Origin: an uncultured Prolixibacteraceae bacterium
Lineage (GTDB): Bacteria > Bacteroidota > Bacteroidia > Bacteroidales > Prolixibacteraceae
DNA: 64,000 nucleotides
Direction: 5' to 3'
NCBI GenBank assembly: GCA_964545315.1
Contig: CAZJGI010000004.1
Location: 11,204 to 75,203, forward strand
A program made the position numbers and the translations under genes. Positions 1 through 9,519 of this stretch are shown piece by piece (positions within the stretch are counted from its first letter, which is position 1; each line of letters starts with the position of its first letter). Under the pieces are notes generated by a model, which was given only the letters and a program-made list of their open reading frames with translations, was not told where the DNA came from and searched no databases.

Positions 1-361
1 ATATGCCTTCAAATTTTCCGGGTTTTTGAAAATAATAAATGGCAATTCCCAGAGAAAATGATAAAAGAGCAACTGCTGCATACTTGAATAAGGAGATAAT
101 AATTCTATGCTTTTTGTGTTTTTTTTGTACTTGTTCAAGTTTTTTTAAGATTTCTGAAAATAAATCAAGTGATTGAGATTTGATATCTGCTTCCTTCTTT
201 GATTCAAATTGTAAAATTATCAGCTTAGCTAAATCAATTTCCTCTTTCTCTGACGGATTGTCTTTTAGAAAATTTTTCCAGAAATTCTCAAGCTGATCAT
301 CAGGTTTAAGTACCCAATGCAAAAAATCTTGATTCTCGAAATATCTTAAAAATTTATCCAC
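1..361 (-). CDS. FecR-family anti-sigma factor, N-terminal part (gene runs off the left edge of the window)
   Basis: My own translation of the minus strand from GTG at 361 gives VDKFLRYFENQDFLHWVLKPDDQLENFWKNFLKDNPSEKEEIDLAKLII...KKHRIIISLFKYAAVALLSFSLGIAIYYF. This is a cytoplasmic N-domain followed by one TM helix. It starts 21 nt downstream of an ECF sigma gene. It is not in the ORF track because it is truncated. Confidence 0.5.
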   Translation of the reverse strand, partial: MDKFLRYFENQDFLHWVLKPDDQLENFWKNFLKDNPSEKEEIDLAKLIILQFESKKEADIKSQSLDLFSEILKKLEQVQKKHKKHRIIISLFKYAAVALLSFSLGIAIYYFQKPGKFEGI

Positions 362-382
362 TTTAAATAATCTTGCTTACAA

Positions 383-1027
383 TTAAGAGTAAGAAGGTGC
401 TAAAACATAGACATTATTATCAGATTTTTTTGAAAAAAATATAAAGAGCATTTGTAAGATAGACGGATCAACGGTTTTACGAAGTGAAAGAAGAGCCCTG
501 TATAATAATTTACGTGCTGATTCTACTGAAATATTCATTATTTGTGCTATTCCCGGGTAATCAATTTCTTCTTCAAACTTTAAATAAATTATCTCTTTTT
601 GTCTGGATGATAAATTATTTATGGCAGATTGTAATTTAATTTTTATCTCCTCAGATATTTCAAATTCAGTTGAATTATCCTTAAAACTGTATTCAACTAA
701 AAATGGCATATCACTATCTTCTTCATTATTATCAAATTGTTCAAGTTTTTTTTGTTTTGCCAATTTTTTTAACAGGCAATTTTTGAAGGCAATGAAAAGA
801 TAAGGTTTTAAATGTTCAATTTGAATACTTAGTTTTTTACGTCTAAGGAACAGATCAATAAAAATTTCCTGAATACTGTCGCGGACAAGTTCTCTGTCAG
901 AGCTTATTTTATATCCGTAAGAAATTAATCCTTTAATGTGGTGCTGGTATATTATTGCAAAACTTTTATCGTCACCTTTAAGAAAGGATTGCCATAAAGA
1001 ATCAATGTCATTTGTCAGGTCAGCCAT
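383..1027 (-). CDS. ECF-type RNA polymerase sigma-70 family factor
   Basis: 214-aa ORF with an ATG start. Region 2-like segment (IYQHHIKGLISYGYKI...IQEIFIDLF) and region 4 HTH (SSRQKEIIYLKFEEEIDYPGIAQIMNISVESARKLLYRALLSLRK). Confidence 0.85.
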   Translation of the reverse strand: MADLTNDIDSLWQSFLKGDDKSFAIIYQHHIKGLISYGYKISSDRELVRDSIQEIFIDLFLRRKKLSIQIEHLKPYLFIAFKNCLLKKLAKQKKLEQFDNNEEDSDMPFLVEYSFKDNSTEFEISEEIKIKLQSAINNLSSRQKEIIYLKFEEEIDYPGIAQIMNISVESARKLLYRALLSLRKTVDPSILQMLFIFFSKKSDNNVYVLAPSYS

Positions 1028-1049
1028 GAGTTATTTATTAACCACATAA

Positions 1050-1057
1050 CAAATATA
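1050..1057 (-). promoter_or_regulatory. Candidate Bacteroidota -7 promoter box (TATATTTG) for the ECF sigma gene
   Basis: The minus strand reads TATATTTG, matching TAnnTTTG, about 23 nt upstream of the ATG at 1027. No clear -33 TTTG. Confidence 0.3.
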
Positions 1058-1372
1058 ATAAAAATTAAATACTCGATTTTATTTTATTAGCACCTGAATT
1101 AACTACCCTTTTATAATCCGAAGAGTAGTTGTAAAACCCTTTTTACACAGCATTAATCAGAAAAGGAATATGACTTGAAATTGCCGTACATAGTTCAAAA
1201 ACGGGAAAAATCTGATCGATTACATTATCTGTAAATTTTATTGATTCTCCAATTTTTTTTGTAATTTTCGAGTGTTACTTGTCTTTGAACCTTCTGGGAA
1301 AAATTCGCTTTGCGCCCTTTTCAGAGGTGTTTTAAAGATTCACTTAGTTATCAAAAAGAAATATTAACAGAA

Positions 1373-2488
1373 ATGAAAATAAAGTTTTGTTTTTTTCTTA
1401 TTTCACTTTTTTCAATTGGCTGTTATGCCCAGCAGCAAAAGGCGTCAAGATTTTATGTAGGTACCTATACCTCTCAGGGTTCTGAAGGAATTTATCTGTG
1501 CGATTTTAACAGCAACACGGGAGAAATCAGCCTCAATGAGGTATTCAGGGGAATTAACAATCCAAATTTTTTAAAAATTTCACCTGACCGAAAAACACTT
1601 TATGTAGTTACAATGGTAACTCCTGCCGGAAAAGCTGACGGATTTGTTGAGGCATATAAAATAGGTGAAGACGGAAGACTGGATTTTATAAACAGGCAGG
1701 ATTCAAAGGGGGCTAATCCCTGTCATGTAGATGTTTCACCCGATGGGAAAATAGTAGGTGTTGCCAATTATGGCAGTGGTACAACATCGTTATATCCGGT
1801 TGCCGGCGATGGAGGACTGCTTCCGGCTTCCTCGACTGTGGTTAATAAAGGTTCCGGCGCTGATTCCTCCAGGCAATCAGCCCCTCATGCTCATTCAATA
1901 AGGTTTTACGGGCCGGGGAACTATATTTTCAGTGCTGACCTGGGTACCGACAGGGTAGACATTTTCAGGATTGATAACTTAAAACATAAACCAGCTGCAC
2001 AGAAATACCTGAAGCTTCCGCCCGGATCGGGGCCGCGGCATTTTGATTTTCATCCCGACGGAGATGTAATTTATGTTATTAATGAGCTAAACTCTACAAT
2101 CACATCCTATATCAGAAAAAATAAAAAATGGGATTTGCTTCAGACCATTTCAACCATCCCTGAAGATTTTAAAGAAGTCAATTATTGTGCTGATATTCAT
2201 ATTTCAGCTGATGGCAGGTATCTTTACGGATCTAACAGGGGGCATAATTCAATTGCAGTTTTTACCATCGATCCTTCTTCAAAAAAAATGGAATGGAAAG
2301 GATTTGTTTCCACCCGTGGTGACTGGCCAAGGAATTTTGCCTTCAGCCCTGATCAAAGATTTATGCTTGCTGCAAACCAGAAAACAGGAAATATTGCTGT
2401 ATACAGGATTAACCGGGCAAACGGTATCCCGGAATTTACAGGCCATGAAATTAAGATTCCTTCGGCGGTATGTATTGAGTTTTTATGA
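1373..2488 (+). CDS. Secreted lactonase-family 7-bladed beta-propeller protein (6-phosphogluconolactonase-like)
   Basis: The ORF track begins at TTG 1310. The internal ATG at 1373 gives MKIKFCFFLISLFSIGCYAQ, a signal peptide. Repeated propeller motifs (PCHVDVSPDGK, PRHFDFHPDGD, DIHISADGRYLY, PRNFAFSPDQR) are typical of the Lactonase/YbhE family. Confidence 0.75.
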   Translation: MKIKFCFFLISLFSIGCYAQQQKASRFYVGTYTSQGSEGIYLCDFNSNTGEISLNEVFRGINNPNFLKISPDRKTLYVVTMVTPAGKADGFVEAYKIGEDGRLDFINRQDSKGANPCHVDVSPDGKIVGVANYGSGTTSLYPVAGDGGLLPASSTVVNKGSGADSSRQSAPHAHSIRFYGPGNYIFSADLGTDRVDIFRIDNLKHKPAAQKYLKLPPGSGPRHFDFHPDGDVIYVINELNSTITSYIRKNKKWDLLQTISTIPEDFKEVNYCADIHISADGRYLYGSNRGHNSIAVFTIDPSSKKMEWKGFVSTRGDWPRNFAFSPDQRFMLAANQKTGNIAVYRINRANGIPEFTGHEIKIPSAVCIEFL

Positions 2489-2501
2489 TCTTAATAAGAT
2501 A

Positions 2502-3125
2502 TCAGCTAATTTTCGTGCTGATCAATTTAATAAATTCATCCCTGGTGGCATTCTTTTGAAAAGCTCCGGTAAAATCTGAAGTAGTTGTTATAGAGTGCTG
2601 TTTTTGTATTCCACGCATCTGCATGCAGAGATGCTGAGCTTCTATCACAACAGCTACTCCCAATGGATTTAAGGTGTTCTGAATGCAATTTTTAATTTGT
2701 GAAGTCAGCCTTTCCTGAACTTGTAAACGGCGTGCAAATACATCAACCACCCTGGCTATTTTACTCAGTCCTGTTATTATTCCGTTGGGGATGTAAGCAA
2801 CATGGGCTTTCCCAAAAAAAGGCAGCAGATGATGTTCACAAAGTGAATATATCTCAATATCTTTTACAATTACCATTTGCCTGTAATTTTCACGGAACAT
2901 GGCTGATTGTAATATTTCGACAGGATCGGTTTTATAACCCTGCAATAAGAATTGCATCGATTTGGCCACTCTTTCAGGTGTTTTATCCAATCCTTCCCTG
3001 GAAATATCCTCACCTATTAATTCTAATATATTCCGGTAATTTACTGAAAGCTCCCGGGTTATTTTTTCATCATAGGTTTCGATTTTTTCGTATCCGTTTA
3101 AATCATTTATTTTTGATATTGCCAT
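2502..3125 (-). CDS. folE: GTP cyclohydrolase I
   Basis: 207 aa. Carries the hallmark [18 protein letters not shown] and [14 protein letters not shown] motifs. Confidence 0.93.
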   Translation of the reverse strand: MAISKINDLNGYEKIETYDEKITRELSVNYRNILELIGEDISREGLDKTPERVAKSMQFLLQGYKTDPVEILQSAMFRENYRQMVIVKDIEIYSLCEHHLLPFFGKAHVAYIPNGIITGLSKIARVVDVFARRLQVQERLTSQIKNCIQNTLNPLGVAVVIEAQHLCMQMRGIQKQHSITTTSDFTGAFQKNATRDEFIKLISTKIS

Positions 3126-3230
3126 CTTTGCATATAATTAAATTGCTACAAAGATTAACTTTTTTTTATAAAATGAGTATGAAAATATGTAAGGTTTTAA
3201 AAAATTAAGAATTTCACTAAATTTTAGAAA

Positions 3231-3908
3231 ATGAAGATTTTAATTGTAGCCGCTACATGGATGGAAGTAAAACTTCTAGATGATGAACTGAACTCATTTG
3301 ATGAAAATGACGGCTTTATCAGATCAGGTAATTTTAATGGTAATAATATAGATATTCTTATTACCGGGATAGGTACTGTTTTTACTACTTACCACCTTAC
3401 CCGGGTACTAAATCAAAATAACTATGACATGATTATGAACGCCGGTATTGCCGGAAGTCTGAATAAAGATTTGAAGATTGGTGAGGTTGTTAATGTAGTT
3501 TCCGATGAATTTGCTGACCTGGGAGTGGAAAGAAAAGAAGAATTTCTTACTTTATTTGAATCCGGATTTGTCAGACCGGATGAATTTCCCTTTAAAAACG
3601 GTCAGCTTAATGCAACATATGACGGCTTATCCCTCAGAAACTTCAGGAAAGTCCATGGTATTACTTCCAATATAAGTCATGGCAATTTATCAAGCATAAA
3701 TCAGATGAGGAAAAAATATAATGGAGATATCGAAACTATGGAAGGTGCAGCTGTTTTTTATGTCGGCGCAAACATGGGAATACCTTGCTGTCAGTTAAGA
3801 TCGATATCTAATTATGTGGAACCTCATGATTCAACAAACTGGAATATACCTTTGTCAATCGAAAATCTTAAGAGTAGATTGATAGAGGTATTTAATACTT
3901 TAAAGTAA
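3231..3908 (+). CDS. mqnB: Futalosine hydrolase (PNP/UDP-phosphorylase fold)
   Basis: 225 aa. MKILIVAATWMEV..., GIGTV, NAGIAGS and METMEGAAVFYV motifs of the nucleosidase family. Lies immediately upstream of mqnD. Confidence 0.7.
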   Translation: MKILIVAATWMEVKLLDDELNSFDENDGFIRSGNFNGNNIDILITGIGTVFTTYHLTRVLNQNNYDMIMNAGIAGSLNKDLKIGEVVNVVSDEFADLGVERKEEFLTLFESGFVRPDEFPFKNGQLNATYDGLSLRNFRKVHGITSNISHGNLSSINQMRKKYNGDIETMEGAAVFYVGANMGIPCCQLRSISNYVEPHDSTNWNIPLSIENLKSRLIEVFNTLK

Positions 3909-3947
3909 ACTCCGGGATGTTTTTATATATTAATTAATAGTTCGAAA

Positions 3948-4787
3948 ATGAGTAAGCTTACCCTGGGATTTTCAACCTGTCCCAATGATACATATATATT
4001 TGATGCCATGATCCATGGTAAGGTTGATACAGAAGGATTGTCGTTCGATATTGTTATGGAGGATGTTGAAGAGTTGAATAACAGAGTTCTGGCGAATGAA
4101 CTTGATATTTCAAAAATGAGTTTTCATGCTTATGCATATGCCAGCAAAAATTATTTACTTCTGACTTCAGGAACTGCAATGGGCAGAAAAAACGGTCCTA
4201 TTCTGATTTCAAAGCATAAAGTGTATCCTGATGAGGTTGATTCATTGAAAGTTGCAATCCCCGGGATATTTACTACCGCCAATTTGCTGTTTAGCATTGA
4301 ATACCCTGCTGCAGATAATAAAAAGGTATATCTCTTTTCTGATATTGAGGAAGCTGTTTTGGGAGGTGAAGTGGATGCCGGTGTTATTATTCATGAGAAC
4401 AGGTTTACTTATGAAAAAAAAGGATTAAAAAAAGTAATTGATCTGGGTGAACAATATGAGAGTAAGACCGGACATCCTATTCCTTTGGGAGGAATTGCAA
4501 TCAACCGTGGCCTGGATGAGAATGTGAGGTTAAAAGTAAACAGGGTTCTGAAGAGAAGCGTCGTGTTTGCCAATGAAAATCCTGATTCGGGTTACGAATT
4601 CATAAAGAAACATGCACAGGAGTTGGATGATTCAGTGATATTGCGTCATATCCGGCTCTATGTTAACGATTATACAACAGAGTTGAATGAGGAGGCAAGG
4701 GCGGCAATCAGATACTTATATAAAATAGCCTTTGAGAGAGGTGTCGTAAATCAAATTTCTGGGGATATTTTTGTCAAATCGTCATAG
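3948..4787 (+). CDS. mqnD: 1,4-dihydroxy-6-naphthoate synthase
   Basis: 279 aa. The N-terminal LGFSTCPNDTYIFDAMIHGKVD signature is characteristic of MqnD (VitK2_biosynth family). Confidence 0.8.
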   Translation: MSKLTLGFSTCPNDTYIFDAMIHGKVDTEGLSFDIVMEDVEELNNRVLANELDISKMSFHAYAYASKNYLLLTSGTAMGRKNGPILISKHKVYPDEVDSLKVAIPGIFTTANLLFSIEYPAADNKKVYLFSDIEEAVLGGEVDAGVIIHENRFTYEKKGLKKVIDLGEQYESKTGHPIPLGGIAINRGLDENVRLKVNRVLKRSVVFANENPDSGYEFIKKHAQELDDSVILRHIRLYVNDYTTELNEEARAAIRYLYKIAFERGVVNQISGDIFVKSS

Positions 4788-4907
4788 CAGAAGTGTCAGG
4801 TTATAACGAAGTAGTGGCCTATTTTGCTATGATATTCCTGTTCGGGGGCATTGGATTAATTACAGCTTATATGATAACAAATAAATTATCCCAAAGGGAG
4901 TAGTTTT

Positions 4908-6188
4908 TTACTCATCATTGCAGTGAAGATCAATAACTTTTTGAATTGCCTCAATACATACAGGGCAGAATTTTTCAGCATTATTGCTTTTCATCCTGCA
5001 ATCCATGTAAGGGCTGTATATACCTTTTGAGATGTACCCTCCGCCCTCAAATACACCCAGAGTGCTGCTAAATTGTTCAGATCTGGGGGTGGGTAAAGGT
5101 GTACTGACGTCAACCAATGATTTCCACTTTTTATTAAAATCTGTCAGCGTTGTAATATTAGGTTCCCATGGCTCAGTCTTCAGGTTATAAAAATTTTCAT
5201 ATGCAACATCGGATGTGTAATATTCATCTGCCAATCCTGCAAATCCATGGCCGAACTCATGAACGAATACCTCTCTTGTAAGGTGATTGTCGGAAGAACA
5301 GACACTTAAGAAATTATAGAAGCCTCCTCCTCCGTAAAGTTGGGTATTGACAAGAACATACATATGATCATAAGGGACATTGGCGGCGATGTCATATATG
5401 GTCTTCATATCGCTGGTAGTCAGATAGCGTGGGACATTAAATGTATAAAAGGTTGAGTTTAAGATAGTATTATTATAGATATTATCTCCCGGTATGTCAG
5501 TGCCTGAGTCATTTGAAGGAGTAAAAACAGCCCTGATATTGAATTTGTGAATGTTTGATTTAAAAGGTTCTTCGTCAAACAAATAACCTGTAACCCTTCG
5601 GGCATCGTTAATGAATTTTTCTTTTTCGCCCTCAGTATAGCCTTCGGAAAGAATTACCACATCTACATTATGTTCCGGTTTCCCGTTATCAATGATTGTA
5701 ACATATTCGAAGGGAAGTGGGTTTTCTTTAATTATAAAATAATCGGTGGGATTTATTTCTGTGGTGAATATTGTTTTAAAATTACCTTCCCATTGTCTTG
5801 CATCAATTTCAAGCCTGACCGTTTTTTTTGGATATGGAAAGATAACAGCCTGATAGAAAGTTCTGTTCATAGTCTTTGCTTCAGCTGTTGTCTGCCATTC
5901 CTGAAAAAGAGTGCAAAATCCTTTAGAGTATAGTAATATATCTGATTCAGCATCGAAAACACGAAACCGGTATGTCCCGTAATTGAAAATATCTGTCAGG
6001 TTATTCAGGGAGCCGGCCCAGTGAGGCTCCTGTTTTATTTGTTGCGGATATACGATTACTTCTTTGGAATTGCCGCCTAATATAAAATCAAATCTTAAAG
6101 ATCTGTTTTCGAAGAAATCGGTAAAATGTATTTGCCCTGAAATAAACAAGGGAAAAAACATAATAATTAAAATAAACTGCCTGATCAT
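4908..6188 (-). CDS. M64-family (IgA-peptidase-like) zinc metallopeptidase, secreted
   Basis: HEFGHGFAGLADEYY zinc motif. The track start at 6224 is TTG. ATG at 6188 gives MIRQFILIIMFFPLFISGQ, a signal peptide. Confidence 0.8.
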   Translation of the reverse strand: MIRQFILIIMFFPLFISGQIHFTDFFENRSLRFDFILGGNSKEVIVYPQQIKQEPHWAGSLNNLTDIFNYGTYRFRVFDAESDILLYSKGFCTLFQEWQTTAEAKTMNRTFYQAVIFPYPKKTVRLEIDARQWEGNFKTIFTTEINPTDYFIIKENPLPFEYVTIIDNGKPEHNVDVVILSEGYTEGEKEKFINDARRVTGYLFDEEPFKSNIHKFNIRAVFTPSNDSGTDIPGDNIYNNTILNSTFYTFNVPRYLTTSDMKTIYDIAANVPYDHMYVLVNTQLYGGGGFYNFLSVCSSDNHLTREVFVHEFGHGFAGLADEYYTSDVAYENFYNLKTEPWEPNITTLTDFNKKWKSLVDVSTPLPTPRSEQFSSTLGVFEGGGYISKGIYSPYMDCRMKSNNAEKFCPVCIEAIQKVIDLHCNDE

Positions 6189-6239
6189 TTTATAAGCATT
6201 TATTACTTTTGACAAAATTAACAATATCAGATCACTAAA

Positions 6240-7574
6240 ATGAGGATGTTTTATAAATTTTTACTGGAGAATATCAGGGAATTGGAAGGGCTTTCAGGTA
6301 TTTCCAAACCATTGGCTTTATTGGCAATGCTTTTTTTAATATTTTTTATTGCCTGGGCAGGCCATTATCTGGCCAGAAAAATTCTCATAAGTGTTGTGAC
6401 TAAAATTTCAAGACGCACCCGAACTACATGGGATGATATTCTGGTAAAAAGGAAAGTTTTCAGATATATTGCACATTTTATACCTGCATTTATAATTTAT
6501 TACACTGCCGATTTTGCATCACCGTCTATTACACAGGAGCTGGCGCAACTGAGTGAATCAGCAATTTCAATGCTTTCGGCTGATTATTATCTTTATCTGG
6601 AAGGATTCCTTCGAAAATTGGCTCAGATATATTTTATCTTCATTGTAATTTTTCTTTTTAATTCCCTTCTTAATGCGGGCCTTGATATATACAATACCAC
6701 TGAGTATGCTGTACACAGGCCAATAAAGGGGTATATTCAGCTTCTAAAGATTCTTGTATTCTTCCTTTCAGGGATACTGATAATTGCGTTATTGCTGGAT
6801 AAGGATCCGACTGTGTTGCTTGCCGGATTAGGAGCCATGGGAGCAGTTATGCTGCTGGTTTTTAAAGACTCTATACTGGGTTTTGTGGCTTCCATACAAT
6901 TATCAGGTAATAACATGGTTAAAATCGGTGACTGGATAGAGATGAAGAGCAGGGGGGCTGATGGCACTGTTATTGACATTACTTTAAATACTGTAAAGGT
7001 TCAAAATTGGGACAGGACAATTTCAACTATTCCCACCTATTCAATGGTGGCTGAGTCGTTCATTAACTGGAAGGGTATGGAGGAATCGGGTGGAAGAAGG
7101 ATTAAAAGAGCAGTTAATATTGATATGACAAGCATAAAATTATGTGATTCAGAATTATTAAACCGTCTTCAGAAATTTTTAATTATCAAGGAATATATCA
7201 TTGAGAAGGAAAAGGAGATTACCGAATACAATCAAAAAAATAACATTTCGGATGAAGACGTCGTAAGTGGCCGCAGACAAACAAACATAGGAATTTTTAG
7301 AAAATACCTGGAAGTATATCTCCGTCAACATCCTATGATCAACAATGACATGACTTTTTTGGTCAGACACCTTCAACCGTCTGAAAAAGGCTTGCCTGTT
7401 GAGATATATGTCTTCTGTAAGGATAAATCATGGGCGCGCTATGAATCAATCCAGGCAGATATCTTTGATCATATCCTGGCAGTTATTCCTGAGTTTGATC
7501 TTAGAGTATTTCAGGAACCCACCGGAACTGATTTTTCAAAGGTTTTCTCGAAGGCAGGAATTAATTTGGAGTAA
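6240..7574 (+). CDS. Mechanosensitive ion channel (MscS family)
   Basis: 444 aa. Several N-terminal TM helices followed by an MscS core (VKIGDWIEMKSRGADGTVIDITLNTVKVQNWDRTISTIPTYSMVAESFINW). Confidence 0.85.
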   Translation: MRMFYKFLLENIRELEGLSGISKPLALLAMLFLIFFIAWAGHYLARKILISVVTKISRRTRTTWDDILVKRKVFRYIAHFIPAFIIYYTADFASPSITQELAQLSESAISMLSADYYLYLEGFLRKLAQIYFIFIVIFLFNSLLNAGLDIYNTTEYAVHRPIKGYIQLLKILVFFLSGILIIALLLDKDPTVLLAGLGAMGAVMLLVFKDSILGFVASIQLSGNNMVKIGDWIEMKSRGADGTVIDITLNTVKVQNWDRTISTIPTYSMVAESFINWKGMEESGGRRIKRAVNIDMTSIKLCDSELLNRLQKFLIIKEYIIEKEKEITEYNQKNNISDEDVVSGRRQTNIGIFRKYLEVYLRQHPMINNDMTFLVRHLQPSEKGLPVEIYVFCKDKSWARYESIQADIFDHILAVIPEFDLRVFQEPTGTDFSKVFSKAGINLE

Positions 7575-7706
7575 TAACGTAGAAAGGAGATATTAATAAT
7601 TCTGATTTAGTTAAAACTATTGTGGCACATTGAATTAGTATCTCTGTGTAAAATGAATAAATATAATATTATTAAGTATTTATGGTTTTCACTTATAATT
7701 TTTCTA

Positions 7707-7714
7707 TACATTTG
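7707..7714 (+). promoter_or_regulatory. Candidate -7 promoter box (TACATTTG) for the first Lrp/AsnC gene
   Basis: Matches TAnnTTTG, 36 nt upstream of the ATG at 7750. Confidence 0.3.
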
Positions 7715-7749
7715 CTCAATAATATGGTGTTAAAAATAATAGTTGAAAT

Positions 7750-8232
7750 ATGGATAATTCTGAATATACTGAGCAAATTCCTGAAATAGATGAGTTAGAT
7801 GAAAAAATTCTCAGATTAATTACCCGGAATGCGAGAATACCATTTCTTGAAGTTGCCAGGGAGTGTGGTGTTTCGGGTGCTGCCATACATCAGAGAGTTC
7901 AAAGGTTGTTAAATACAGGTATTGTCTCGGGAAGTGAATTCATTGTCAATCCTGAAAAAATAGGTTATAATACCTGTGCATACATTGGGATACATCTTGA
8001 AAAAGCCAGGTATCACAGACAGGTAGTTAAAGCTTTACGTGAAATACCGGAAATTGTGGAATGCCATTATACTACCGGGCAGTATGCTATTTTCATTAAA
8101 ATACAAACTAAAACCAATAAACATCTTAAGAGATTAATTGACAATGAACTGCAAATGATTGACGGTGTATTGAGAACAGAGACTTTCATGTCGCTTGAGA
8201 TGGATTTTAAAAGGCAAGTACCAATAAAATAA
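7750..8232 (+). CDS. Lrp/AsnC family transcriptional regulator
   Basis: 160 aa. N-terminal HTH (LDEKILRLITRNARIPFLEVARECGVSGAAIHQRVQRL) plus an AsnC/RAM C-domain. Confidence 0.85.
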   Translation: MDNSEYTEQIPEIDELDEKILRLITRNARIPFLEVARECGVSGAAIHQRVQRLLNTGIVSGSEFIVNPEKIGYNTCAYIGIHLEKARYHRQVVKALREIPEIVECHYTTGQYAIFIKIQTKTNKHLKRLIDNELQMIDGVLRTETFMSLEMDFKRQVPIK

Positions 8233-8261
8233 TATTTAATACAAAAGACTGAAAAAGAGAG

Positions 8262-8729
8262 ATGACTGTGAAGAACCATTTGGATGATATTGATTTAAAA
8301 ATCCTTGATATTATCACACAAAATGCCCGGATTCCTTTTAAAGATGTTGCAGATAAGGTTGGAATATCGAGAGCTGCCGTTCATCAGAGGGTAAACAGGA
8401 TGATTGATGATGAAATAATCACCGGCTCCGGTTATAATATTGATCCTAAAAAAGTAGATTACGGTACCTGCAGCTATATGGGAATCTTTCTGGAAAAGGG
8501 AAGCCTTTACTCAGAGGTTGTAGAGAAATTAGAACTTATACCTGAAATTGTTGAGTGTCATTATACTACAGGCCAATATGCCATTTTTATAAAAGTTTAC
8601 GCCAGGGATAATGAGCATTTAAAGAGCATCCTGAGCGGAAATATCCAGAAGATTAACGGTATAGCAAGTACAGAGACATTTATTTCACTGGAGGAGTCTT
8701 TTAAGCGGACAATTCCGGTACATCCTTAA
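8262..8729 (+). CDS. Lrp/AsnC family transcriptional regulator (tandem paralogue)
   Basis: 155 aa. Same architecture as its neighbour. Shares PEIVECHYTTGQYAIFIK with the upstream gene. Confidence 0.85.
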   Translation: MTVKNHLDDIDLKILDIITQNARIPFKDVADKVGISRAAVHQRVNRMIDDEIITGSGYNIDPKKVDYGTCSYMGIFLEKGSLYSEVVEKLELIPEIVECHYTTGQYAIFIKVYARDNEHLKSILSGNIQKINGIASTETFISLEESFKRTIPVHP

Positions 8730-8766
8730 TAGGGCCGGAACAAACTTGCTATTCCAAAGGCAACTG

Positions 8767-9519
8767 TTATTTCTGATAAGTAGTATTATTTCTTTGTCTT
8801 ACCGCTTCATATATAATCAGGGCAGCAGCAACAGAAACATTAAGAGAATCTATTTTGCCATAAAGAGGAATTCTGATCTGATTATCAATCATTTCCAAAA
8901 GAGAAGGGGATATTCCCTGATCTTCAGAACCCATTACTATGCATAGGGGTGAATCCATGGTTTCAGCAGTATAGATTTTTTCAGCTTTCTCCGATGCTGC
9001 GATTATTTTAATTCCTGAATTTTTCAGAAACCGTATTGTTTTTCTCAGGTCAGATGATTTGCATACCGGGATATAATTAAGAGCTCCGGCGGATGTTTTT
9101 ACAGCGTCTGCCCCAATTCTTGCCATCCCTTTTTCGGGAATGATAATTGCATTAACACCTCCGCATTCAGCTGTTCGCGCAATTGCTCCCAGGTTTCTAA
9201 CATCAGTAATATGATCAAGAAGAAGAATCATTGGATTTACAGCGGCCTCAAACAAACCGGGAAGTAATGTCTCAATATCAGCATAATCGATGGGGGAGAG
9301 GAAAGCCAGTACACCCTGGTGATTTTTGCGTGTCACCCGGTTGATCTTTTCTACAGGTACAAACTGAAAAGGTATATTATTCTCTTTTATTAATGGAAAA
9401 AGAATATTAAACAATGGATTTTCAATCTCTTTTCTCAAAATAACCTTTTCTATTGTCCTGCCATTTTTAATGGCTTCAATTACTGCTCTCGTTCCAAAAA
9501 TATAATCTTCTTTGTTCAC
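8767..9519 (-). CDS. rlmB: 23S rRNA (guanosine-2'-O)-methyltransferase, SpoU/TrmH class (RlmB-like)
   Basis: 250 aa. N-terminal substrate-binding domain (IFGTRAVIEAIKNG) and SpoU knot motifs (DHITDVRNLGAIARTAECGG, IVMGSEDQGIS, IPLYGKIDSLNVSVAAALIIYE). GTG start at 9519 overlaps the stop of the upstream ABC-F gene by 1 nt. Confidence 0.8.
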   Translation of the reverse strand: MNKEDYIFGTRAVIEAIKNGRTIEKVILRKEIENPLFNILFPLIKENNIPFQFVPVEKINRVTRKNHQGVLAFLSPIDYADIETLLPGLFEAAVNPMILLLDHITDVRNLGAIARTAECGGVNAIIIPEKGMARIGADAVKTSAGALNYIPVCKSSDLRKTIRFLKNSGIKIIAASEKAEKIYTAETMDSPLCIVMGSEDQGISPSLLEMIDNQIRIPLYGKIDSLNVSVAAALIIYEAVRQRNNTTYQK

